Positions 28,037 through 41,212 of a stretch of 64,000 bases of DNA are shown one piece after another. This DNA comes from Eledone cirrhosa (lineage: Eukaryota). The notes under the pieces are model-generated. The model made no database searches. It had not been told where the DNA came from and saw nothing but the letters and a program-made list of their open reading frames with translations. The position numbers and the translations under genes are program-made. Numbering within the stretch: the first letter of the stretch is position 1; each line of letters starts with the position of its first letter. Where the stretch lies: the NCBI GenBank assembly GCA_964016885.1, contig OZ024755.1, forward strand, positions 12,338,001-12,402,000, given 5' to 3'.

Positions 28037-30562
28037 AAAAAAATCTATATGAAGTGTGTGTTTTTGAAAGTGTCAATAAAATTCTATATGAAATGAGTGT
28101 TTTGAAAAGTCGAAAAAAAATTCTATATGAAATGAGTGTTTTTCAAAAGTCGAAAAAATAATTTATATGAAATGTGTGTTTTTCAAAAGTCGAAAAAAAA
28201 ATCTATATGAAATAAGTGTTTTTCAAAAGTCGAAAAAAAATTCTATATGAAATGTGTGTTTTCCAAAAATCGAAAAAAAATTCTATATGAAATGAGTGTT
28301 TTTCAAAAGTCGAAAAAAAAATCTATATGAAATGAGTGTTTTTCAAAAGTCGAAAAAAAATTCTATATGAAATGAGTGTTTTTCAAAAGTCGAAAAAAAA
28401 ATCTATATGAAATGAGTGTTTTTCAAAAGTCGAAAAAAAAATCTATATGAAATGTGTGTTTTTCAAAAGTCGAAAAAAAATTCTATATGAAATGTGTGTT
28501 TTTGAAAGTGTCAAAAAAAATTCTATATGAAATGTGTGTTTTCCAAAAATCGAAAAAAAATTCTATATGAAATGTGTGTTTTTCAAAAATCGAAAAAAAA
28601 TTCTATATGAAATGAGTGTTTTTCAAAAGTCGAAAAAAAATTCTATATGAAATGTGTGTTTTGCAAAAGTCGAGAAAAAAATCTATATGAAATGTGTGTT
28701 TTTCAAAAGTCGAGAAAAAAATCTATATGAAATGAGTGTTTTTCAAAAGTCGAAAAAAAATTCTATATGAAATGTGTGTTTTTCAAAAGTCGAGAAAAAA
28801 ATCTATATGAAATGAGTGTTTTTCAAAAGTCGAGAAAAAAATCTATATGAAATGTGTGTTTTTCAAAAGTCGAAAAAAAAATCTATATGAAATGAGTGTT
28901 TTTCAAAAGTCGAAAAAAAATTCTATATGAAATGTGTGTTTTTCAAAAGTCGAGAAAAAAATATATATGAAATGTGTGTTTTTCAAAAGTCGAAAAAAAA
29001 TCTATATGAAATGAGTGTTTTTCAAAAGTCGAAAAAAAATTCTATATGAAATGTATGTTTTTGAAAGTGTCAAAAAAAATTCTATATGAAATGTGTGTTT
29101 TCCAAAAATCGAAAAAAAATTCTATATGAAATGTGTGTTTTTCAAAAATCGAAAAAAAATTCTATATGAAATGAGTGTTTTTCAAAAGTCGAAAAAAAAT
29201 TCTATATGAAATGTGTGTTTTGCAAAAGTCGAGAAAAAAATCTATATGAAATGTGTGTTTTTCAAAAGTCGAAAAAAAAATCTATATGAAATGAGTGTTT
29301 TTCAAAAGTCGAAAAAAAATTCTATATGAAATGTGTGTTTTTCAAAAGTCGAGAAAAAAATCTATATGAAATGTGTGTTTTTCAAAAGTCGAAAAAAAAA
29401 TCTATATGAAATGAGTGTTTTTCAAAAGTCGAAAAAAAAATCTATATGAAATGTGTGTTTTTCAAAAGTCGAGAAAAAAATCTATATGAAATGTGTGTTT
29501 TTCAAAAGTCGAAAAAAAAATCTATATGAAATGAGTGTTTTTCAAAAGTCGAAAAAAAATTCTATATGAAATGTGTGTTTTTCAAAAGTCGAGAAAAAAA
29601 TCTATATGAAATGTGTGTTTTTCAAAAGTCGAAGAAAAAATCTATATGAAATGTGTTTTTCAAAAGTCGAAAAAAAAAAATCTATATGAAATGAGTGTTT
29701 TTCAAAAGTCGAAAAAAAAATCTATATGAAATGTGTTTTTCAAAAGTCGAGAAAAAAATCTATATGAAATGTGTGTTTTTCAAAAGTCGAAAAAAAAATC
29801 TATATGAAATGAGTGTTTTTCAAAAGTCGAAAAAAAAATCTATATGAAATGTGTGTTTTTCAAAAGTCGAGAAAAAAATCTATATGAAATGTGTGTTTTT
29901 CAAAAGTCGAAAAAAAAATCTATATGAAATGAGTGTTTTTCAAAAGTCGAAAAAAAATTCTATATGAAATGTGTGTTTTTCAAAAGTCGAGAAAAAAATC
30001 TATATGAAATGTGTGTTTTTCAAAAGTCGAAGAAAAAATCTATATGAAATGTGTTTTTCAAAAGTCGAAAAAAAAAAATCTATATGAAATGAGTGTTTTT
30101 CAAAAGTCGAAAAAAAAATCTATATGAAATGTGTTTTTCAAAAGTCGAGAAAAAAATCTATATGAAATGTGTGTTTTTCAAAAGTCGAAAAAAAAATCTA
30201 TATGAAATGAGTGTTTTTCAAAAGTCGAAAAAAAAATCTATATGAAATGTGTGTTTTTCAAAAGTCGAGAAAAAAATCTATATGAAATGTGTGTTTTTCA
30301 AAAGTCGAAAAAAAAATCTATATGAAATGAGTGTTTTTCAAAAGTCGAAAAAAAATTCTATATGAAATGTGTGTTTTTCAAAAGTCGAGAAAAAAATCTA
30401 TATGAAATGTGTGTTTTTCAAAAGTCGAAGAAAAAATCTATATGAAATGTGTTTTTCAAAAGTCGAAAAAAAAAATCTATATGAAATGTGTGCTTTTGAA
30501 AGTGTCAAAGAAAATTATATATGAAATGCGTGTTTTTGAAAAGTCGAAAAAGAATTCTATAT
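28037..30562. repeat. 40-bp satellite array, ~63 units
   Basis: Unit AAAAAAAA(A/T)TCTATATGAAATG(A/T)GTGTTTTTCAAAAGTCG. Confidence 0.97.
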
Positions 30563-31094
30563 TAAATTTGTTTTCTTTCAAACAACCGGAAGTCAATTGA
30601 AAAAAGAGTTAAATAAAGGGAGATAATTCTAACATTTTTTAGCAAAAGGGGGTAAGGCGGATTCTCGTCGTGGTCTAGGACGCAGGCCAGCATATAGCCA
30701 GCCTGCAAACATCCCAGCCGCCGTAGCCACGTGCACACCACAACGATTCGAACTTGGGATACATAGTATGGAAACGACACATACATACGTAGCCGACGAC
30801 GTCCGAGCCGTTGCGCGCATCGCCACGCACAAGCCGCAATTCTACTAAGTAAAATAGATATATTTATAGGTACAATTTTATTTACTTTTTAAAAAAAAAA
30901 TATAGAAACGGAAAGGGAGATAACACGTCTCAAAATATATTCCGTATGTTATCTCACTCATTCCGTTTCTATATATATAAAGTAATTTTGAACGTATATA
31001 CGGAACAATTTTTATGGAAATAAATATACTTATGTCAAGCTGGTAACATATATATTACCTCCGTTTAGACGGCAGTCCAGCAACATTATTGACT

Positions 31095-31832
31095 TGCTTC
31101 TTTCGCCCTCTTACCTGATACTGACCAGCTTTAGTTGGCCGTACGACATCTTATGGGACGTATACGCTATAAAACTGCTTCTTTGGCCATAGGAGATACT
31201 ATGTGAAGTATATGCTTCTCTCGCCCTCTAAGCTTATAGTGACTAGGGTTCAGCTGGCCGTAGGATATACTATGGGAAGTGTGCATTCTAAAACTGTTTT
31301 TTCAGCCTCTAACCTGGCACTGACTAGAGATTATCGTACGAGAAGTCTACTCCCTTAAAGTGCTTCAATTGCCCTCTCACGACATTGACCATGGTTTAGC
31401 TGGCTGTAGAGGTTCCTACGAGATGTTTACAGGCACTGATCATGGTTTAGCTAGCCGTAGAGGATCCCACGAGAAGTATAAACTGCTTATTTCACCATCT
31501 AACTTGGCATTGACCAAGGTTTAGCTATCCGTAGAGGATCGTACCAGATGTTTACGTGCTTCAATCGCCCGCTCTGTGGAGACGGGTGGTTTAGCTGGCT
31601 GTATAGGATCCTACCAGATGTTTACGCCCTCTAAGTAGGCACTGATTATGGTTTAGCTGGCCCTAGAGGATCGTACGAGATGTTTACGCCTTTAAAGTGC
31701 TTAACTGGCCGTAGAGGATCGTAGGAGATGTTTACGCCTTTAAAGTGCTTATGTCTCCATCTAACCTGGCATTGACCAAGAGTATACGACCTTAAACTGC
31801 TTCAATCACCCTCTCACCTAGAATTGACCAAA
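31095..31832. repeat. Degenerate ~80-bp tandem repeat
   Basis: Recurrent ggtttagctggccgtagaggatcgtacgagatgtttacg and gccctctaacctggcactgacc modules. Confidence 0.8.
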
Positions 31833-32612
31833 CCTTGGAGGAGGGTTGTTTTAGTGTGTCATATAGGTACAATTCAATGGTTCTAACTGCTTACATGTAA
31901 AGTGGAACAGACATAAGCAATGACAACATCATATCTGTCTGTTCCACTGGATTGCTTTGGAAACGTAACCTTCTTGCATAAGATGATCAATCTATCACGT
32001 AACAATGAGTACCATTGAAATACAACACTACGTGGACGTGTTGCAGTAGCTAAACAAAACTATCGTTTCAATAATTATTGCTGACATAAAATAAAACTTT
32101 ACTTTACCTCCTTATAAATAGTAAAATCCAAGATTTTAACGTTTTCGTTCGGGTTGGAAAACATGAAGTTGTTCCAGCGGTCATTTTGTTTTTGCGAAAC
32201 AGAATTAACCCAATTACACATGCGCAAAAAAGTAGACACCAGTGCGCATGCGCAAAGTATTTAAAGCCATTGCGACCTCACGATCGTGAGTTCTATTCTT
32301 TTTAGAGTGTATACTTCCCATTTTATATATTGTTATTAATATATATATTAATAACAATAAATAATTACTATATATTAATACATACATATGCATTATATAT
32401 ATAAATGTATTTTTAAAAATATATGTATTTATACACATTTTATTAAATATATTATACACATACATATATATATTTATTAAATGGTAGATTATTTTGCTAG
32501 TGTGGAAGTTTGTTTATTTTTTCACTATTTTCCATATTTTAATTTTAAAATTTAGACCAATGTCAGTTTTGTTATTGTATTTTCTATCTTTTCATCCTTT
32601 GATTGTCTTTAA

Positions 32613-32780
32613 CCCTTTAAACTAGCCATTTTTCTCTCATCTCTTCCTGTTCAAACTGGCTGCTCATACTGATGTTACGGTGTTGTTCCCCAAATAAATA
32701 ATATCAACATCTCATAGATTCAATTTTATAAAGTGTTTCCCGTGAAAATACAATAGTAAATATAGAATAATGTTAAAGGG
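32613..32780 (-). mobile_element. piggyBac-type MITE, diverged
   Basis: TTAA-CCCTTT...AAAGGG-TTAC; body like 52010-52217. Confidence 0.65.
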
Positions 32781-33215
32781 TTACATAACAAATGATTTAA
32801 TGTATACAGAAATTCCTCACTGAACAGCCTGGCTCAGTTTTATCGACCTGGTGGGTAAACAAAATTTTCATCTAACACCCTGGTTTAGGTATTGTTTTAA
32901 TGTCATGCGACGGGTGATAGAGTCCCTGTGAGTATGCAAAGTTACACCATTATAATATGCTAGGTCTGTTTGTATATCTGACTAATTCTTTAAAATCTAC
33001 ACATAATGCGTTTTGTTGTTACAATAATAAGTTCACTATCTAGTTGCAAGATCTTGAGTTCTAACCCCACATTTGTCCCTGTACATAGTTATTTCTTATA
33101 TATAAAAAAAACAAAAACGAGAGATTGAGGAAGAGGAAAGATAAATACCAGTTAAATGTTTTTGTTTAATCTCCATAAAGGGAAAGATCTTATTTTTGGT
33201 TGGTAGACCCTTGAC

Positions 33216-36200
33216 AATATATTGTTACAGGCATATGGTAAAGGCCATAAGTGTGAGCAGTCGTTAAACAAGGAATATATATAAAGCCAATTAGGTTCAT
33301 TAACAAAAGGGGCCGGTCAACTATTTAAAATGAAAACAAACAAAAGGAAAAAATGCCAGACACATTTATTGTGAGACAAGATTTGAAAGGAAATGAGTGC
33401 AAATTTAGTTGTTAACAATGAAATAGTTTTATCAGGGAATCTTTTACTTGACATTGTTGAGAAAATGATAATCCTACATTTAATCAAACTAAAATTAAAT
33501 GATTTTATTTATATATATATATATAATAAGAACAATGTGGAGGTGTTATATCAAGAATTTATTGATCAGTTCTGTTTTCAATTGTTTCACAAACAGTTGG
33601 CTCATGATCAGAGTTAAATTTCCAGATCTGCCTAGTACTCAGACCATTGTTATCCACATCCAATCAAGCAGATCTGAAATATTAACTTGGATCATGAGAC
33701 AATTGTAACCAGGACTGATCAATAAATTCTTGATGTAACATCTCCACTTTGTTATTATATACACTCTGTGCTGACTTTGGTACCCTCACCAGTTTTTCTG
33801 CTTCTCTCTATATATACTTTATAAACAAGTATGAAGTATATATATATATCTTCTATCTTTGCTTTCTTCTCTTATATAAATGTTAATATTTATGCTCTTT
33901 TCCCATATTGTGTATCCTCAAAATGCCCTTTGACAAGTTTATTTGTGTTTTAACCTTTGATTTATACTCCAATGAATCGGCCTTATGCTTGGATGAAACA
34001 ATTGTTAGTAATTAAATATTCTAAAACACTCTTTGATTGTTGTGTACAGGCCCCAGTAAACTTCTGCATAAGGATATTATTATAAATAAAGTTCCCATGT
34101 CTAGTTCTAGTTTGGAGGTTTTTGTTATTCCACAGAAACTCATAACAGACACCTACTACAAATTTTGTAGTATTGTGAATATGTTTATGTATATACACAC
34201 ATATATATATATATGCATACATATATATCAAATAATAAGAAACGAAACGAGCTGTGTGGTTACTGTAAACAACGTTTAAGATGGTAATATGGATGAACCA
34301 AGAGAAAAAATCCTTCTTCAGCTGTAAACCGAGATCATAGATACACACACATATACATTTATATGACTATATATTTTACCTTGTATGTTATTTCGATGTA
34401 AATATGAATGGTTGTCAACCTACTCTGGATGACATGACAGTTGATTAAGTTCGACTTATGGTCACTGTAATTATGTACCCTTTTTGTTTGTATAGAAATG
34501 AAAGCCATGAGAAATAGGAATATGTTTGAAAAGAACCTCATTGATATTTGATACAGTTGTCAGAGTGCCAGATTAAATGCAGCAGCATTTGTTTTGGCCC
34601 TCAGCACCCCAAGTTCAAATGTTTCATTCCATGTTGCTTCTGTTAAATCAGCTGAAAAAAGAGAAATGGGGCAGGAACAGTTTGTTGTATTTGGTCTAGA
34701 AGTAGTCTTTTCATGGTATAGGGCCATTCTCATTAAAACACCCTCAGAAAAATCTTATAAAATGCAACATCATAGAGGGCCAATTGAACCTATAAACGTA
34801 GGAGCTGTAGCAACATTATTAAGTACCAGTAATGTACTGGGTAATTGATGGCCTTGTGCCAAAAGTAGAAACAATTATTATAATGTGTGTGTCAAATCCC
34901 AATCTCTGGGTACCGCATCAGGATTTCAACTATCTATTACACCCATTCTGCATCTCACCATCTATTGAGTACTCCCATGATTAGTCATCTCAGCACTGCA
35001 GACTCTCAAATAAACATATATAATAGTAGAACACTGGAGGGTTATATCCATAGTAGAGCACTCAGTGCATGAGACGAGTTTGGTAGAAGTAGTTCCACAA
35101 CAGTTAGTTCACTATACTGAGGACAAATATTTGCCGCATAAGGCAAAACATTTGTTCTCGGTATGGTGAACTAACTGTTGTGGAACTACTTCTATATATA
35201 TATATATATATATGTAGTGAAAAATGGAACGGGAACAAAACAGAGAGGCAGTACGAACAAAGGTTTATTAGTTACACACACCCCACACCCAAGAGCGTGT
35301 GTGTGTGTGGGGGGGGGTGTATATATATATATATATATATAACTCAATGTACATCCCACCGCCACACCCTACCCCTCTCGGTCGATCCACATTGTCAGGT
35401 GGCCGTGAAGGAGACATGGTGAAAAGGCTCCCAGTCCATACTGTAAATGGGGTTGGTGTTAGGAAAGGCATCCAGCTGTAAAATAAAAAAATAAAAAACC
35501 TGCCAGAGACGTTTCCATGCAAGCAAGACACGGTCTCTTGACCATTCCCGCATCAAATGGAACAAAACCGTCTAACCCATGCTAGATTGGAAGATGGACG
35601 TTAAACGATGAGGATGATGATGATATACAGTATATATATATGTATAACTTTTAATTATGTTTTGGAATCATTTGAAGAATATGGTAAAATGAACAAGCAC
35701 CAATACATTTCCTTGCTGCTTCTTGAATGGTTTGCGAGCTAAAGTTTCACCATTATATATACAAGTGTGTTTTCTCTCTCTCAAGCAGATACTTCTTATA
35801 TCTGATTTGTTGTTTGGCTACCAATAATTATCTCAATAATATAATTGCTACATCTTTATATTCTTGCCTTTATATTTGTATATCTTATCTTTTTAATATT
35901 ATTTAATGCTTTTGATAGCAAACTGGTGCTATGATACAAAATAATTTTAAAGTGTTTATCAAAAAAACTTTCATGATTTCATATAAGAGCCTTTGTTAAG
36001 TCATACTTGTTTCAATCAACAGCTTAATAATGAAAAAGTTAGTTGTATCAGTAAATCCTGCTATTAAAACGATAGACTGTCTTTCATTAGAAATATGATA
36101 ACGAAAGTAACAAATGCAAAAAACAGACCTAAAACGGTGTTTAAATTCCATTGTAATCAATGTAGAAATTGTGGAATCTATAAAAGAAAGAGAGGCCGTT

Positions 36201-37282
36201 CCTCTATATGATTTTCAAATATATTGTTACAGGCATATGGTAAAGGCCATAAGTATGAGTCATCGTTAAACAAGGAATATGTATAAAGCCAATTAGGTTC
36301 ATTAACAGTCAGTCAATTAACAAAAGGGGCAGTCAACTATTTAAAATAAACTAAAATGAAAACAAACAAAAGGAAAAATGCCAGACACATTTATTGTGAG
36401 ACGAGATTTGAAAGGAAATGAGTGCAAATTTAGTTAACAATGAAATAGTTTTATTGACATTGTTGAGAAAATGATAATCCTACATTTAATCAAACTAAAA
36501 TTAAATGATTTTATTTATATATATATATAATAAGAACAATGTGGAGGTGTTATATCAAGAATGTATTGATCAGTTCTGTTTTCAATTGTTTCACAAACAG
36601 TCGGCTCATGATCAGAATTAAATTTCCAGACCAGATTTCAGATCTGCCTAGTACTCAGACCATTGCTATCACAAGAAAATCCACAGCCAATCAAGCAGAT
36701 CTGAAATATTAACTTGGATCATGAGCCAACTGTTTGTGAGACAATTGTAACCAGGACTGATCAATAAATTCTTGATGTAACACCTCCACTTTGTTATTAT
36801 ATACACTCTGTTCTGGCATTGAGTGCTGACTTTGGTACCCTCACCAGTTTTTCTGCTTCTCTCTATATATATATATATACTTTATAAACAAGTATGAAGT
36901 ATATATATATATCTTCTATCTTTGCTTTCTTCTCTTATATAAATGTTAATATTTATGCTCTTTTCCCATATTGTGTATCCTCAAAATGCCCTTTGACAAG
37001 TTTATTTGTGTTTTAACCTTTGATTTATACTCCAATGAATCGGCCTTATGCTTGGATGAAACATTTGTTAGTAATTAAATATTCTAAAACACTCTTTGAT
37101 TGTTGTGTACAGGCCCCAGTAAACTTCTGCATAAGGATATTATTATTATTATAAATAAAGTTCCCATGTCTCGTTCTAGTTCGGAGGTTTTTGTTATTCC
37201 ACAGAAACTCATAACAGACACCTACTACAAATTTTTTATTTAACAAATTTTGTAGTATTGTGAATAATATGTTTATGTATAT

Positions 37283-37339
<57 letters not shown>

Positions 37340-39368
37340 TGCATATATATATAAAATAATAAGAAACGAAACGAGCTGTGTGGTTACTGTAAACAAAGTT
37401 TAAGATGGTAATATGGATGAACCAAGAGAAAAAAATCCTTCTTCAGCTGTAAACCGAGATCATAGATACACACACATATACATTTATATGACTATATATA
37501 TTTTACCTTGTATGTTATTTCGATGTAAATATGAATGGTTGTCAACCTACTCTGGATGACATGACAGTTGATTAAGTTCGACTTATGGTCACTGTAATTA
37601 TGTACCCTTTTTGTTTGTATAGTAATGGTATAGAAATGAAAGCCATGAGAAATAGGGATATGTTTGAAAAGAACCTCATTGATATTGATATTTGATTCAG
37701 CAGTGAATTGATACAGTTGTCAGAGTGCCAGATTAAATGCAGCAGCATTTGTTTTGGCCCTCAGCACCCCAAGTTCAAATGTTTCATTCCACGTTGCTTC
37801 TGTTAAATCAGCTGAAAAAAGAGAAATGGGGCAGGAACAGTTTGTTGTATTTGGTCTAGAAGTAGTCTTTTCATGGTATAGGGCCATTCTCATTAAAATA
37901 CCCTCAGAAAAATCTTATAAAATGCAACATCATAGAGGGCCAATTGAACCTATAAACGTAGGAGCTGTAGCAACATTATTAAGTACCAGTAATGTACTGG
38001 GTAATTGATGGCCTTGTGCCAAAGGTAGAAACAATTATTATAATGTGTGTGTCAAATCCCAATCTCTGGGTACCGCATCGGGATTTCAACTATCTATTAC
38101 ACCCATTCTGCATCTCACCATGTATTGAGTACTCCCATGATTAGTCATCTCAGCACTGCAGACTCTCAAATAAACATATATATATAATAGTAGAACACTG
38201 GAGGGTTATATCCATAGTAGAGCACTCAGTGCATGAGACGAGTTTGGTAGAAGTAGTTCCACAACAGTTAGTTCACTATACTGAGGACAAATATTTGCTG
38301 CATAAGGCAAAACATTTGTTCTCGGTATGGTGAACTAACTGTTGTGGAACTACTTCTATATATATATATATGTAGTGAAAAATGGAACGGGAACAAAACA
38401 GAGAGGCAGTACAAACAAAGGTTTATTAGTTACACGCTCTTGGGTGTGTGTGTGTGGGAGGGGGGGTTATATATAACTCAATGTACACCCCACCGCCACA
38501 CCCTACCCCTCTCGTTCCATCCACATTGTAAGGTGGCCGTGTAGGAGACATGGTGAAAAGGCTCCCAGTCCATACTGTAAATGGGGTTGGTGTTAGGAAA
38601 GGCATCCAGCTGTAAAATAAAAAACCTGCCAGAGATGTTTCCATGCAAGCAAGACACGGTCTCTTGACCATTCCCGCATCAAATGGAACAAAACCGTCTA
38701 ACCCATGCTAGAGTGGAAGACGGATGTTAAACGATGAGGATGAGGATGATGATGATGATGATATACAGTATATATATATGTATAACTTTTAATTATGTTT
38801 TGAAATCATTTGAAGAATATGGTAAAATGAACAAGCACCAATACATTTCCTTGCTGCTTCTTGAATGGTTTGTGAGCTAAAATTTCACCATTATATATAC
38901 AAGTGTGTTTTCTCTCTCTCAAGCAGATACTTCTTATATCTGATTTGTTGTTTGGCTACCAATAATTATCTCAATAATATAATTGCTACATCTTTATATT
39001 CTTGCCTTTATATTTGTATATCTTATCTTTTTAATATTATTTAATGCTTTTGATAGCAAACTGGTGCTATGATACAAAATAATTTTAAAGTGTTTATCAC
39101 AATTATCAAAAAAACTTTCATGATTTCATATAAGAGCCTTTGTTAAGTCATACTTGTTCCAATCAACAGCTTAATAATGAAAAAGTTAGTTGTATCAGTA
39201 AATCCTGCTATTAAAACCATAGACTGTGTCTTTCATTAGAAATATGATAACAAAAGTAACAAATGCAAAAACAGACCTAAAACGGTGTTTAAATCCCATT
39301 GTAATCAATGTACACATTGTGGAATCTATAAAAGAAATAGAGGCTGTTCCTCTATATAATTTTGAAAT
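33216..39368 (+). repeat. ~3 kb tandem duplication (33216-36217 and 36218-39368)
   Basis: Collinear near-identical text from aatatattgttacaggcatatgg to cctctatat.atttt.aaat; duplicated ORFs in the track (34594/37754). Confidence 0.95.
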
Positions 39369-39777
39369 TTAATACAAATTAACCTGCTACTACTTTAAAC
39401 ACCTTTGTCAGGTTTTGTTTTTTGTCCTGCAGGGTGTCCCAAATCACCCTCCTCACCATGTAAACTTGGTGGGTTTGCCCGTTTAGTCGCCGACGACCCC
39501 CACCCCCCTTGTGACAGGTTGTACTGGGTTACATGTTACCAGTAGCACTCGAGAGTGACCAGACTGCAGGACAAAAAATAAAACCTGACAAATCATGGAA
39601 AGAAGCTCCTGCTTGAGTTAGAAGAGAACTATTGACCTTCAGGAGAAGCAGTGACCCCTGATTGTATTCAGCAACTGAAACAAATATGAAGTACACCAAA
39701 TCCAATGCTCCTAGGGGTGGCCCTGGTTCTTCTTATTTGCAAGTGTAAACTCGACCATATTAGATTAGATACTTTAA

Positions 39778-39974
39778 CCCTTTAGCATTCACATTATTTT
39801 ATATATACTATTATATTTTCATGGTAAAGGCTTTACCTCACATAATATCGAATCTATGAGATTTTGAAAGTATTTATTTTGAGAACAATACCTTAACATC
39901 AGTTTGAGCGACCATTTTCAACAGAAAGAGGTAGAGAATTCTGGCCGGTTTTAGCCGGTTTGAACACTAAAGGG
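39778..39974 (+). mobile_element. piggyBac-type MITE
   Basis: TTAA|CCCTTTAG...CTAAAGGG|TTAA. Confidence 0.85.
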
Positions 39975-41009
39975 TTAAACAGATATGAATGTACTCTATC
40001 ACAAATACCAGAATTTAATTCTTTTTTCTTTTTCTATGGAACACTAAATTATCTTATTTTACGAATATTTTTAACGGTACTTTTCGGCCAATGAAGATTA
40101 ACATTTGTTTATTCAGATTCTAGCTTGTTCAAGTACTTTTTAAAATTCCTAACTTATGTGTGTATTAGACCACCGTCGCTTCCAATGACAAGTGTTCCAA
40201 ATTGTTCAAACAACAGAATACCCAGCTCTTGGAATTAACATAGAAGAGTCTCAGCAATATACTTATGTTAAATTAAACCACATTAAATATTAACCTTCTT
40301 GGAAATGTTTAAGATATGTCTCAGGTGCCATGTCATGTATAAATGAATGCAGTTGTGTCTTTACCTTTTTACACTATATCACCCTACCTCCAATAAGTAA
40401 AATAGGCTGAATAATAATGTAGCTTGAAATTCTTTGTTCACCCCATCCACCTCTATGGTTGTGAAATGTGGCTAATAAGAGACATGGATTAGCGCTAGCT
40501 CATCACTTGTTTTCGTCAAATCCTCTATGTTTGCACAGCGGATTTTATGCCAAATTCCAAAATTCGTTTTCACTGCCAGATCAATTTCTTCCAGCAACTT
40601 CAACCCCAATGGTGCATCTGTTGGTTCAGTCAAACATCAGCGTGACAACGAGGCTAACTCATCCACGGTGCAGCTGCACCTAAACCCCAGCCTAGATGGC
40701 GGCAACAGCAAAGTAGACAGCTGAAAATGTCGACTGATAGGATCAAGTCAGATCTTGAGCTAATGCCTGCAAGGGAGTGTTAAAGAAGTGTACATCTGTT
40801 TGCATGTGGGTATATATATATATATGATACATTTACATTTATATATTATGTGTGTTTATATATGCATTTCACTGAGTATATAACATAGGACAGTAAATGT
40901 TAGTAAATATTCACCGAGTGTCTATCAGTATGTATATATCAATGAATATATATGAACTTGCATAAACACACTTCACATATTTATATTATAGATAGGTGAA
41001 TGTTGTATA

Positions 41010-41212
41010 ATTAGTTGTTGGTGGCCACCAATTTGGAATGAAGGGAAAAGTCAGTTACGTCAACCCAGTACTCAATTGGTACTTTATTTTATCGACCCTG
41101 GAAGGATAAAAGGCAGTGTTAAACTTGGTGGAATCTGAACTCAGAAGATAGACAGTCGTGAATAAATACCACCAGTCATTATATCCAATGCTCGACCGAT
41201 ATTTCCAATTGA
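41010..41212 (-). mobile_element. tRNA-derived SINE, diverged
   Basis: ggtactttattttatcgaccctggaaggataaaaggc...tgaactcag. Confidence 0.7.

Noticed and set aside
28037-30562. CRISPR or coding repeat
   Set aside because: Head-to-tail units with no unique spacers and no sustained ORF
40468-40724. GC-richer stretch with short ORFs
   Set aside because: No recognisable motif or convincing splice context
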